A stretch of 64,000 nt of DNA from an uncultured Erythrobacteraceae bacterium (GTDB taxonomy: Bacteria; Pseudomonadota; Alphaproteobacteria; Sphingomonadales; Sphingomonadaceae), in NCBI GenBank assembly GCA_966251025.1, contig CBINJM010000004.1, forward strand, positions 91,907 to 155,906, in the 5' to 3' direction. The stretch's first letter is position 1. Each line of letters begins with the position of its first letter. The position numbers and the translations under genes were made by a program. The notes beneath the pieces are model-generated. The model ran no database searches, was not told the DNA's origin, and saw only the letters and a program-made list of their open reading frames with translations. Shown here piece by piece: positions 46,825 to 55,391 of this stretch.

Positions 46825-47787
46825 TCAGCCCGCCAGCAGCTGCGCCGCTTTCTCCATCAAAGCCGCGTCCTGCGGCACCTCGCCCAACAACGCCGGGGCC
46901 TCCCCGGGCTGCCGGCGAATGATCGCCAGCGCGAATTCAGGGCCGAAGGAGGAGAGCGCGGTAATAGGCTGTGGCAGCAACGTCCGCAGTCTGTCCACCA
47001 GCTCCATGGGCAGGGTGAAGTCCTGTGCCTCGCTGTCCAGGAGCACCTCCTCGCAGGAGAGCATGTGTTTCGTCAGGTCCGTCGGCTGAGCGGCATCCGT
47101 GAACAGAAGATCGGGCGCATCGCCCGGGGAGGAGCCCGGCCCGTCCGCCCAATCCGTCAGCAAGGCGGCGGTGGAGGGCGTGCGGCGGCAAGCTGCCAAT
47201 GGCTGCCCCGGCTCACGGAGCTCTCGGGCGGACTCGCTCTCTTCCTTCCAGTTCATCACCGCCAGCACGAAATCGATCGTGGCATCATCGCTGGAGAAGG
47301 GCAGCAGGATACCGCGATAGAGAACCATCGCGCCGCGCAGCCCGGTGAACGCCGCCTCGAACCCGGTAGGCGCGCGATTGAGAAGAACCGTCTCGTAGTG
47401 TGCGTCCAGTCGAGCGAGCAGCGAGCCTTCGGGTGCGTCGCACAGGCGCTGCAGAGTGCCTTCGCCTGCGCCACACTCCGCTGCGAGCCGCTCCCCCAGA
47501 TAGGCAATAGCCGGAACCTGAGCAGGCGCCGAAACGTCGAGAAGCACGCTGTGCGCCGCGATGTCGCCGAGAATGCCTTTCGCCAGATCGGCGACACTGG
47601 GGAAGCGCCGCCGGTCCAGCATGCTGGCCCAGCAATTGTAGGCGCGCAGGTGCATGCGCCGGTCACGCGGTTGCGCCCGGCGATCGTCCGGCGCCGGCAC
47701 CACCGGGATCCGGACGTGAGCATCAGCCGGTTCGCCGCCCACGGAGCTCCGCGCGGTCATTGCGCCGTCGTGGCGAATCGGTTCCAT
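46825..47787 (-). CDS. hypothetical protein (possible PAS-like N-terminal fold)
   Basis: 320-aa ORF. The N-terminal half (...AYNCWASMLDRRRFPSVADL...YRGILLPFSSDD...) is reminiscent of PAS_5/DUF1457-type domains. The C-terminal half is unknown. The family assignment has low certainty. Confidence 0.45.
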   Translation of the reverse strand: MEPIRHDGAMTARSSVGGEPADAHVRIPVVPAPDDRRAQPRDRRMHLRAYNCWASMLDRRRFPSVADLAKGILGDIAAHSVLLDVSAPAQVPAIAYLGERLAAECGAGEGTLQRLCDAPEGSLLARLDAHYETVLLNRAPTGFEAAFTGLRGAMVLYRGILLPFSSDDATIDFVLAVMNWKEESESARELREPGQPLAACRRTPSTAALLTDWADGPGSSPGDAPDLLFTDAAQPTDLTKHMLSCEEVLLDSEAQDFTLPMELVDRLRTLLPQPITALSSFGPEFALAIIRRQPGEAPALLGEVPQDAALMEKAAQLLAG

Positions 47788-47896
47788 GCAGCGCCTCTTG
47801 AACTCCTGGGGGCTGCCATGTGGATCGGCTCGGTGAATTTCCGGTAAATCGAGATCGCGTCGCTGCCGTGCCCCGCGGTCGCCGCTGCCTCACTCG

Positions 47897-48391
47897 TCAG
47901 AGCATATAGCGCATGCGGATGGTCTGCCGCACGGGTGCCTGGCCGACCTCGAATGCTGCGGCGTCGAACCGCGGCGGGCCCATGCGAACCTTGGCATCCC
48001 GCGAAAAGCCGTAGCCTTCGCGCGGGATCATGCCCGCCGCCCGATCCGCCTGGCCATTGTCGTTCTCGTCATGCAACAGTGCGATCGCATAGCGGCCGGG
48101 GGCCACATGCTCGAAATCCAGCACGACGGTCCCGTCCGCCGGCACGACGAGGCGATAACTGCCCGAATCATCGCGGCAGCGGGGGAAGCGCTGCGCATCG
48201 GTCGTCATGCAGGCGCGGACCACCCCTTCATGGGAGCGAAGGCCGGTGACGGTGACCCTCACCTCGCCATTCGGTTCACCCGTCGCCCCCATCAGGGCGG
48301 GCGCGGTGATCAGCGCGCCCAGCGCGAGGAGAGGCCGCGATCGGTTCCGCAAAGACGATCCCAGAACCGGAAATACAGTCCGTAATTGCAT
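47897..48391 (-). CDS. DUF2141 domain protein (secreted)
   Basis: 164-aa ORF with a signal peptide. It shows ...RVTVTGLRSHEGVVRACM... and ...LLHDENDNGQADR...REGYGFS.... The annotated start overlaps the upstream desaturase gene by 82 nt, so the true start may lie downstream. Confidence 0.6.
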   Translation of the reverse strand: MQLRTVFPVLGSSLRNRSRPLLALGALITAPALMGATGEPNGEVRVTVTGLRSHEGVVRACMTTDAQRFPRCRDDSGSYRLVVPADGTVVLDFEHVAPGRYAIALLHDENDNGQADRAAGMIPREGYGFSRDAKVRMGPPRFDAAAFEVGQAPVRQTIRMRYML

Positions 48392-49056
48392 CGATACTCG
48401 TCATGATGTCGCTGGTGGTGGGTGGCGGTTATCAGCCAACTTCCCAACCGCGAGTGAACGAGGGCGCGAGGAAACATCTCCCACCCCATGTGATTGGTGA
48501 CGCCCATCAAGGTCATGATCGCCAGCACCAGGCCAAGCATGGCGACATGGATGGGGATGAGGAACACGAGGGCCGGGATCACCACAGCGCCCGTGAGCGC
48601 CTCGATCGGGTGGAAGCTCATCGCGGCCCAGGCGGTGGGCGGGCGGCTGGCATGGTGCACCGCATGGGCGAGGCGGAACCAGCGTGGTCGGTGCATCAGC
48701 CGATGCGTCCAGTAGAACCACGTGTCGTGGGCGAAGAGGTAAAGGAACAGCGAGAGGGGCAGATACCAGAGCGGATAGGCGCTCCAATCCTCGTAGATCC
48801 GGGTCCATCCCCGCTCCTGCCAGCCCCAGGCGACAATCCCGGCGGGGATGCCGTAGATGGCTGCCGAAGCGAGCGACCAGCCGATCTCCCGCCGGATCTG
48901 TGGATCCAGGCCGGTGTAAAGCCCGGGCCTGACCTTGCTTGTGGCGAGAGCGAAGGCGCCGCTTGTCAGCAGGTATCGCACTGCGACGATGGCGGTCATG
49001 GCGAGGGCCGAGAGCAGGATGCCGGTCAGCACAACGACCTCGCCAAAGCTGAACAA
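48310..49056 (-). CDS. fatty acid hydroxylase / sterol desaturase family protein
   Basis: 248-aa polytopic ORF with histidine boxes WTHRLMH, HAVHH and HHQRHH. It has a TTG start at 49056, so the start is uncertain. Confidence 0.75.
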   Translation of the reverse strand: MFSFGEVVVLTGILLSALAMTAIVAVRYLLTSGAFALATSKVRPGLYTGLDPQIRREIGWSLASAAIYGIPAGIVAWGWQERGWTRIYEDWSAYPLWYLPLSLFLYLFAHDTWFYWTHRLMHRPRWFRLAHAVHHASRPPTAWAAMSFHPIEALTGAVVIPALVFLIPIHVAMLGLVLAIMTLMGVTNHMGWEMFPRALVHSRLGSWLITATHHQRHHDEYRCNYGLYFRFWDRLCGTDRGLSSRWAR

Positions 49057-49336
49057 TCAGGCGCGATGGCTGCGCGCAAGTACTCTTTGCATCCCCATAG
49101 CAACCGGGCCGCATCAGGTACGCAAGAGCTTGCGACAGGGGCGAAACGGCAGGTCATATGAGGAGGGGTGCTACCAGAAGCGGAGCCTTCACGACAGTTT
49201 GCATTCGAGCGAGCTGAGCGCGCATCGGCAATGCAACTGCGCTCAAGGACGATGCAGCGGACCTCAACGCGGCTGAACGGGTGCCGCAAGGGCGCTGCAA
49301 TAGCGCGAATGGTACGCACGCCCCTCCACCGCCTGC

Positions 49337-49846
49337 TTAATCGAGCCCCTGGCCCCAGCTTGCGCAATGAGGGTCGAGCGCGACGAGCTGGCGGCGCAGC
49401 GCGGTGCGGGCGAGGCGTTCCACCTCCACCCGCCGCCGTGCGGCCGCCAGCGGATGGCTCGGTGCGGGGCGGACGATCTCCGCATCATATTCATCGGCCA
49501 CGATGACGCCGCAGCAATCGGGCCGAAAATCCTGCCCTTCGAGACAGGCGCGGTCCAGTTCCGGCGGCAGGCCCCAGTAGAAGCGGTCGCAGAAATCGAG
49601 ATAGTCTGGCCACTTGCCGTCGCCGAGCAGGTCGCTGCGCGCCGTCTTGATCTCGACGATCACGATCCGTCCCTTGGCATCCACGCCCATCAGGTCCGCC
49701 CTGCGGCCGTTGCGCAGCGGCATCTCGGCAAGTGCCCAAATGTCGTTGCGGGCGAACAGGCGGCAAATGCCCCGCGCCACCGCCGCCGCCCGCCTCTCCG
49801 GCAGAGGGTCAAGCGACACGGCGGCGAGGTGCGGGGAATCAGCCAT
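49337..49846 (-). CDS. MmcB-family DNA repair protein (PD-(D/E)xK-like)
   Basis: 169-aa ORF (...GRRADLMGVDAKGRIVIVEIKTARSDLLGDGKWPDYLDFCDRFYW...). Confidence 0.65.
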   Translation of the reverse strand: MADSPHLAAVSLDPLPERRAAAVARGICRLFARNDIWALAEMPLRNGRRADLMGVDAKGRIVIVEIKTARSDLLGDGKWPDYLDFCDRFYWGLPPELDRACLEGQDFRPDCCGVIVADEYDAEIVRPAPSHPLAAARRRVEVERLARTALRRQLVALDPHCASWGQGLD

Positions 49847-49916
49847 GCCTTATGCTGGAACGAAGCTAGAACAAGGTCAAGCCTGGTTCCGGCAGCCCGG
49901 GCAGCCCCGGCGCCGG

Positions 49917-50762
49917 TCAGTCAATGCCGGCGAAGGGGTCGTCCTGCCCTTCCTCGTCCAGGCCGAGATCGATGTTCGCGCCATGATCCCCGGACACCAG
50001 CCGGTTGTTCTCCGAGCAGACATATTCGCGCATGGGGAAGGAATTATCGAGCCGGAAGGCGACCTTGGTCACGAACGGCGCGGTCAGCACTTCAGGATCC
50101 GTGATCGTGATCTCGTCGATCAGCTGACCGGGGGCCTGAAGATAGATGCGCTCCACCACGCGTGTCTGCTCGCTGTGGTTCACACCGGGGACAATGGTGG
50201 TGGACGGATGCAGGCCGACGGTTTCCACCACCAGCGTATCTCCCTCCCAATGCGCGATGGAGTTGCCGTTGAAGAACAGGTCCGGCTCTTCCGGGAGGGG
50301 TCGGCCGTCCGTGTAGAACCGGCGGACCTGGGAATAGGCTTCATGCAGCATCGTCACCTGACCGGGCGAGAACAGGATCTCGATCGGGTAGGGTTGCTGG
50401 ATGATGCCCGGAATACCCGGCGGCAGGCACTGTGCCTGCTGTTCCTGATTCGGGCCATTCTCGCGAATCGATTCGGTGTAGGCATCGAATTTCGCCTGCG
50501 CCTCAGGGGTAAGGGCCGGGCGGGCGGCTGAGCGTCCGCCGAAAAGCAGCGTCCAATCCGGATACCAGATGCCGGTCCAGTCCGGCAGCTGGAGCACGTC
50601 CTGATAGGCGGTGGCGCGCGGCGGCGTGAAATCGGCGGGCGGGGCCTGCTGGGCCTGGGGCGCGCCGCCCTCCTGCGCCTGCGCGGCCGGGGCAGTCGCC
50701 AAGCCCAGGCCCATGCCGAACACCAGCGCAGCTGCGCCAAATCGTCTCATCATCCCCTCCAA
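49917..50762 (-). CDS. hypothetical secreted protein
   Basis: 281-aa ORF with a signal peptide (MRRFGAAALVFGMGLGLATAPAAQA). I recognise no family. It is divergent from the DUF6152 gene. Confidence 0.5.
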   Translation of the reverse strand: MEGMMRRFGAAALVFGMGLGLATAPAAQAQEGGAPQAQQAPPADFTPPRATAYQDVLQLPDWTGIWYPDWTLLFGGRSAARPALTPEAQAKFDAYTESIRENGPNQEQQAQCLPPGIPGIIQQPYPIEILFSPGQVTMLHEAYSQVRRFYTDGRPLPEEPDLFFNGNSIAHWEGDTLVVETVGLHPSTTIVPGVNHSEQTRVVERIYLQAPGQLIDEITITDPEVLTAPFVTKVAFRLDNSFPMREYVCSENNRLVSGDHGANIDLGLDEEGQDDPFAGID

Positions 50763-50798
50763 TTCGGATCTTCCTTTTGTGGCAGCCTGTGGTGCAAA

Positions 50799-50827
50799 GT
50801 TGATTCAGTCAAGCTGCGGGTTGATTC
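50799..50827. promoter_or_regulatory. direct repeat GTTGATTC-N13-GTTGATTC in a divergent promoter region
   Basis: Perfect 8-mers at 50799-50806 and 50820-50827 give a 21-bp start-to-start spacing. They lie between the divergent genes 49917-50762 (-) and 50900-51316 (+). Confidence 0.35.
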
Positions 50828-50899
50828 TGCCCACCTGTTGCTGGCAATGTGTGTCGGCAGATCCCCTGCGCATCAAGTGCGCGGAGGAAAGGAGAGGTC

Positions 50900-51316
50900 A
50901 TGAAGAAGAATTTTACGATCGGCGCTGCTGTTGCAGGCGCAATAGCGTTGGCCGCGGTCGCGTTGCCGAGTTCCGCGCACCATTCGACGGCGATGTTTGC
51001 CTGGGGCGAATCCAAGCCGCTGACCAACATGACAGTAGAGCGGTGGGAATGGACGAATCCCCACACCTTCCTCTACGCTCGCGATGCCGACGGAAATCGT
51101 TGGGCGTTCGAGGGGATGAGCCCGAATCACCTTGTTCGCTATGGCTGGTCTCGCCGTTCGCTGACGCCAGGTGACAAAATCAACCTCACCTACTACCCGC
51201 TGCGCGACGGGCGCCGCGGGGGGTTCAACGTCACCGTCACGAAGTCCGGCAAGACGCTGAACCAGTTTGGCGAGGGCGGCTCGGTCCAGGACCAGGCGCG
51301 GGCGGTGCGCAACTAG
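50900..51316 (+). CDS. DUF6152 family secreted protein
   Basis: MKKNFTIGAAVAGAIALAAVALPSSAHHS... is a signal peptide followed by the HHS motif. The ATG at 50900 is preceded by AGGAGAGG. Confidence 0.6.
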   Translation: MKKNFTIGAAVAGAIALAAVALPSSAHHSTAMFAWGESKPLTNMTVERWEWTNPHTFLYARDADGNRWAFEGMSPNHLVRYGWSRRSLTPGDKINLTYYPLRDGRRGGFNVTVTKSGKTLNQFGEGGSVQDQARAVRN

Positions 51317-51498
51317 CGGTTTTGCGGGGCCAGCGGTTTTCTTGCCGCTGCCTCCCAGAGTGGTTGCCGAGCAGGAGGCTCTGCCGTCGCAGGCGTGGCT
51401 AAGCCGGAGCTGCAAGGGCTGCGTTGCGGCTCCGATCGTGGCGACGAGGAGCGGCGCCCCCATCTGGCTGAGGCGCGATGGCAGCATGTCGTCGCTCC

Positions 51499-51536
51499 AA
51501 AAAAAAGGCCGGCCCGGATGACTCCGGAGCCGGCCC
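51499..51536 (-). terminator. rho-independent terminator (minus strand, possibly bidirectional)
   Basis: On the minus strand a long GC stem (GGCCGGC...GCCGGCC with inner CCGGA/TCCGG) is followed by T8. It lies 19 nt after the stop of the acidic lipoprotein gene. Confidence 0.75.
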
Positions 51537-51554
51537 TTCGTCCTGCTGGCCAGA

Positions 51555-51809
51555 TTAGCGGGTCGCTTCCTCGACGCCGCCCGTCACCGCATCGGTATCG
51601 CCTTCGGCCGAATCCTCGATGTTGTCGGCCTGGGCTTCCATGGCGTCCGCCTGCGCATCCGTGATCGCGCCAGTATCCTCGAGCGTGTCGGCCTGATCCT
51701 CGATGGCCTCTGCGTTCTCCTCAGCCGCCTCTTCAGACGGGCTGTCGCAGGCCGCCAGAGCGAGGCCGAGGGCAGTGGCCGAGGCCAGCGCGATAAGCTT
51801 TTTCATCAT
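51555..51809 (-). CDS. small acidic lipoprotein, hypothetical
   Basis: MMKKLIALASATALGLALAAC is a lipobox, followed by an Asp/Glu/Ala-rich repetitive region (AEAIEDQADTLED..DAQADAMEAQADNIED). The ATG at 51809 is preceded by AGGGGA. Confidence 0.5.
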   Translation of the reverse strand: MMKKLIALASATALGLALAACDSPSEEAAEENAEAIEDQADTLEDTGAITDAQADAMEAQADNIEDSAEGDTDAVTGGVEEATR

Positions 51810-51876
51810 GTTTCCCCTTTGCATTGAAGGCGGGCCGGTGCCCGCCTGTTGAGCCCGCCTGGCGCCCTCGCGCTTG

Positions 51877-52146
51877 TTACTGCGCGGAATCCGGCCGAAG
51901 CAGGTTCACCGCCAGCAGCAGGCCGGCGGATCCGGTAAGCGCGATGAGCAGGGCATCGACATTGTAGGTGCCCCCCAGCAGGTCACTGGTCCCGACGAGC
52001 GGCGTCACCACAAGGCCCGCGACCAGCGAGCCGAGAATCCCTATCGCGCAGTTGAACAGGGTGCCTCTTCGATCGTCCGTTCGCGTGATGATTGCGGCGA
52101 GCCAGCCTAAAATGCCGCCTGCAACTATCAAGAAAATCAAACCCAC
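51877..52146 (-). CDS. GlsB/YeaQ/YmgE-family stress membrane protein
   Basis: 89-aa ORF (MGLIFLIVAGGILGWLAAIITR...NCAIGILGSLVAG...) with a GTG start. Confidence 0.8.
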   Translation of the reverse strand: MGLIFLIVAGGILGWLAAIITRTDDRRGTLFNCAIGILGSLVAGLVVTPLVGTSDLLGGTYNVDALLIALTGSAGLLLAVNLLRPDSAQ

Positions 52147-52178
52147 GGACCTCGCCCTCTACACTCCAACTGACCGAC

Positions 52179-52204
52179 AACTGAAGATCGGCGCGTCCGG
52201 TTCC
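52179..52204 (-). promoter_or_regulatory. candidate EcfG-type (general stress) promoter upstream of the glsB-like gene
   Basis: The minus strand reads GGAAC (rc of 52200-52204), a 17-nt spacer, then AGTT (rc of 52179-52182), about 32 nt upstream of the GTG. The alphaproteobacterial EcfG consensus is GGAAC-N16-17-CGTT. Confidence 0.35.
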
Positions 52205-52248
52205 AAAATTTCCCACAAATGTTAATGGAAAACGGCCTGCGCTGTTGT

Positions 52249-53058
52249 CTAGCCGAAGGTCAGCCAGAGAAGGGCCGCCCCACCGATGACGATCCGGTAC
52301 CAAGCGAAAGGCGCGAAGCCGCGGCGGCTGACGTAAGCGACGAAGGCCCGGATGACGACAAGCGCGGTCAGAAAAGCCGCTGTGAAACCAAGCGCGATCT
52401 CTCCCCACCCGATGGCGGCCTCGCCCGCAAAGAGGGCGGGATCGTCCAGGATCTTGACGGTGGCCGCGCCCAGCATGGTGGGTACGGCGAGGAAGAAGGA
52501 AAACTCGGCCGCCGTCTTGCGCCCCACTCCCATGGCCAGCGCACCCAGAATGGTGGAGGCCGAGCGGCTGGTGCCGGGAACCATCGCGAGGCACTGGAAG
52601 AAGCCGATTGCGAGAGCGGTGCGCATCGGCATGTCGGCCACCCCCTTGTCATCGCGCGGGCGGACATGCCGCTCCACGAAGAGGATCGCGATGCCGCCAA
52701 GCACCAGCGCGACCCCGACGACGCGGGGGCTCCCCAGCATCGTGTCGATCGCATCCTTTGCGAAGAGGCCGATCACAGCCGCGGGCAGGAAGCCAAGCAG
52801 GACGTTCCGGACAAAGCGAATGGAGCGTGGCTGCGCTCGCAGCAGTCCTATCCCTGTGTCCCAGAACACGCGCCAGTAGGTGACTACTACGGCCAGGATC
52901 GCACCCAACTGGATGACGACGTTGAACTGCGCCCATTGCGCGGGGTCGTAGCCGAAGAAGGCCTGAGCGAGGATCAGGTGCCCGGTCGAGGAGACGGGGA
53001 GGAATTCGGTCAACCCTTCCAGGATGCCGAGCAGAATAGCGCTAAGGGTCGTTCCCAT
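52249..53058 (-). CDS. uppP: undecaprenyl-diphosphate phosphatase
   Basis: 269-aa ORF (...ILGILEGLTEFLPVSSTGHLIL...PGTSRSASTI...). Confidence 0.9.
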   Translation of the reverse strand: MGTTLSAILLGILEGLTEFLPVSSTGHLILAQAFFGYDPAQWAQFNVVIQLGAILAVVVTYWRVFWDTGIGLLRAQPRSIRFVRNVLLGFLPAAVIGLFAKDAIDTMLGSPRVVGVALVLGGIAILFVERHVRPRDDKGVADMPMRTALAIGFFQCLAMVPGTSRSASTILGALAMGVGRKTAAEFSFFLAVPTMLGAATVKILDDPALFAGEAAIGWGEIALGFTAAFLTALVVIRAFVAYVSRRGFAPFAWYRIVIGGAALLWLTFG

Positions 53059-53131
53059 GCGCGCCTGTTGGAGGACGAGGCGGCGAAGTCAAGCGCCTGT
53101 TCGCAGACGCAATATCGCCGCCCCGCGCAGC

Positions 53132-55246
53132 TTACCAGATGTGCACGCGCTCTTCCGGCGGCAGGTAGAGCTCGTCATCCGGCGTGACGTTGAACGCCTT
53201 GTACCACGCGTCATTGTTGCGCACGACGCCGTTCACCCGGAAGTATTCGGGCGAGTGCGGGTCCGTCAGCATCTGCTGGCGCATCGCCGCCTCGCGGCTG
53301 GATGAGCGCCAGACCTGCGCCCAGGAGAGGAAGAAGCGCTGGTCGCCCGTGAGGCCGTCGATCACCGGCGCCTCCTGCCCGTTCAGCGACATGCGATAGG
53401 CGCGGTAGGCAAGACTGAGGCCGCCGACATCGCCGATATTCTCGCCCAGGGTCAGGCGCCCGTTCACGCAGGTCTTGCCTTCGTCGAAGGGGCAGTACTG
53501 GTCGTACTGCGCGGCGAGTTTGTCGCCCAGGCTGGTGAAGCGGGCGAGGTCGGTCTCTGCCCACCAATTGCGCAGCGTGCCCGTACCGTCGCTCTTGGCC
53601 CCTTGGTCGTCGAAGCCGTGGCCGATCTCGTGCCCGATCACGGCGCCGATGCCGCCGTAGTTCACCGCCGGATCGGCATCCGGGCTGAAGAACGGGGGCT
53701 GCAGGATCGCGGCGGGGAACACGATCTCGTTGAAGGTGGGGTTGTAATAGGCGTTCACCGTCTGGGGCAGCATGCCCCATTCGGTGCGGTCCACCGGCTT
53801 GCCCAGCCTGCTGCGATCATCCTCCAGCTGCCACGCCATCGCGCGGACCTGGTTGCCGAGGGCATCGCCGGCGCGGATCTCCAGCCCTTCATAGGTCTCG
53901 AACTCGTCCGGATAGCCGATCTTGGGCGTGAACGCGTCCAGCTTGGCCATCGCCTCCTGCTTGGTGGCGGCGCTCATCCAGTCGTTTTCTTCCAGGCTGG
54001 CGGCGAGCGCCTTGCGCAGATTGGCGACGAGGTCATCCATCGCCGCCTTGCTTTCAGGCGGGAAGTAGCGCTCCACATAAAGCTGGCCGAGCTGCTCACC
54101 CAACTGGCCCTGCGCCGCATCGATCGCGCGCTTCCAGCGGGGGCGCTGCTCCTCCTGCCCGTTCAGCAGCTTGCCGTAGAGGGCAAAGCTCGCCTCATCG
54201 AAGCGGCTGGGGAGGACGGCGGCATGGCTGGAGAGGAATTGGGCGGCCATGAAAGCCTTGATCGTGGCGAGATCGCTGCGGGTCAGCAGCTCCATCATCG
54301 CGGGCAGGCCGCCGCCGATCGAGTTCAGCTGGCGAGCGGTGAGGCCGAGCTGGGCGACCTCCTCGCTGGTCGGCGGCAATTGCGGGGCGAGGAAGGTGTT
54401 CAGCGACCCGAAGCCCGCCTCATCCAGCAGCCTTGCCGTCGGGAAGGAGGGGGCGAGCGCCTCCAGTTCCTGCCGGCTCAGCTTGTTGTAGGTGAGATCG
54501 CGGTTGCGCAGCATCGCCCGATCCCATTCGATCAGCGCGACCTGGTGCTCGAACGAATAGACCGCCTCCGCCGCGGCGCGCGGATCGGCGTAGCCCAATT
54601 CACCGAACAGGAAGGAGAGGTAATCCTTGTAAGCGGCCTGGATCTGCCGGCTGCGCTCATCATCCCCAAGGTAGTAGTCGCGGCTGGGCAGGCCCATCGC
54701 ATCAAACCCGACGCTGACGATGTAGCTGTTGGGGTCCTTCGAATCGACCGTCACCCTCGCCGCCACCGGAGACGGCAGGCCGGCCTTGGGGAACAGGGCA
54801 ACGAGCGAGGCGAGATCGGGCGCGGCGAAAATCGACTGCAGGTAAGGCTGCGCGGGAGCAAGGCCAGCCGCCTCGATCGCCTGGGTGTCGAGGAAGGAAT
54901 TGTAGGCGTCCAGAATCCGCCGCTCGGCTGAACCGGCCGCCGGGTTGCTGGCGGCCAACTCCGTGACCAGCTTTTCGACATCGGCGGTCGATTTCTCGCG
55001 GAGGATGTGGAAGGCGCCGAAGCGGCTGAATTCCGGCGGAATCGGGTTCTCGCGCACCCACTTGCCGTTAACGTAGGCGAAGAAGTCGTCGCCCGGCTCC
55101 ACCGCCGGATCGATCAAGGCAGGGTCGACGCCCCAGGTGCCGAAGCTCATGGTCGGGACCGGCGCGCGCTCTTCCTGAGCGGTTGCTGGCAATGCGACGG
55201 CAAGGGCGGCGGCGGAAACGCCTATGGCAAGTACATGGCGGAGCAT
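53132..55246 (-). CDS. M13-family zinc metallopeptidase (PepO/ECE-like)
   Basis: 704-aa ORF with a signal peptide. It has the zinc motif VIGHEIGHGFD, a downstream GENIGDVGG and the C-terminal ...RVNGVVRNNDAWYKAF... Confidence 0.9.
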   Translation of the reverse strand: MLRHVLAIGVSAAALAVALPATAQEERAPVPTMSFGTWGVDPALIDPAVEPGDDFFAYVNGKWVRENPIPPEFSRFGAFHILREKSTADVEKLVTELAASNPAAGSAERRILDAYNSFLDTQAIEAAGLAPAQPYLQSIFAAPDLASLVALFPKAGLPSPVAARVTVDSKDPNSYIVSVGFDAMGLPSRDYYLGDDERSRQIQAAYKDYLSFLFGELGYADPRAAAEAVYSFEHQVALIEWDRAMLRNRDLTYNKLSRQELEALAPSFPTARLLDEAGFGSLNTFLAPQLPPTSEEVAQLGLTARQLNSIGGGLPAMMELLTRSDLATIKAFMAAQFLSSHAAVLPSRFDEASFALYGKLLNGQEEQRPRWKRAIDAAQGQLGEQLGQLYVERYFPPESKAAMDDLVANLRKALAASLEENDWMSAATKQEAMAKLDAFTPKIGYPDEFETYEGLEIRAGDALGNQVRAMAWQLEDDRSRLGKPVDRTEWGMLPQTVNAYYNPTFNEIVFPAAILQPPFFSPDADPAVNYGGIGAVIGHEIGHGFDDQGAKSDGTGTLRNWWAETDLARFTSLGDKLAAQYDQYCPFDEGKTCVNGRLTLGENIGDVGGLSLAYRAYRMSLNGQEAPVIDGLTGDQRFFLSWAQVWRSSSREAAMRQQMLTDPHSPEYFRVNGVVRNNDAWYKAFNVTPDDELYLPPEERVHIW

Positions 55247-55391
55247 GGGGGCAGTAGATCCTTCGATGGCGGGCGCAGAGGCGCGCTGATCGCTCTCCCT
55301 AGCCCGGCTGCGTCAACGCAAGGCGCTGTTCGTCGGTTTCATTTGTGACTTGATCGATTAACAACCGATGAGACAAAGGAAAAGGGGGCGC

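Noticed and set aside
49168-49506. 112-aa ORF beginning with a GTG just after GAGGAGG in the 280-bp spacer upstream of the desaturase gene
   Set aside because: The SD-to-start spacing is only about 2 nt. The ORF runs antisense into mmcB for about 170 nt, and its translation is Arg/Pro-rich. The spacer itself (49057-49336) showed no terminator, repeat or RNA motif I could support.
53060-53100. 9-nt direct repeat GCGCCTGTT (about 53060 and 53092) between uppP and the M13 peptidase gene
   Set aside because: It is a short GC-rich repeat in a 73-nt spacer, plausible by chance at this composition, with no associated structure.
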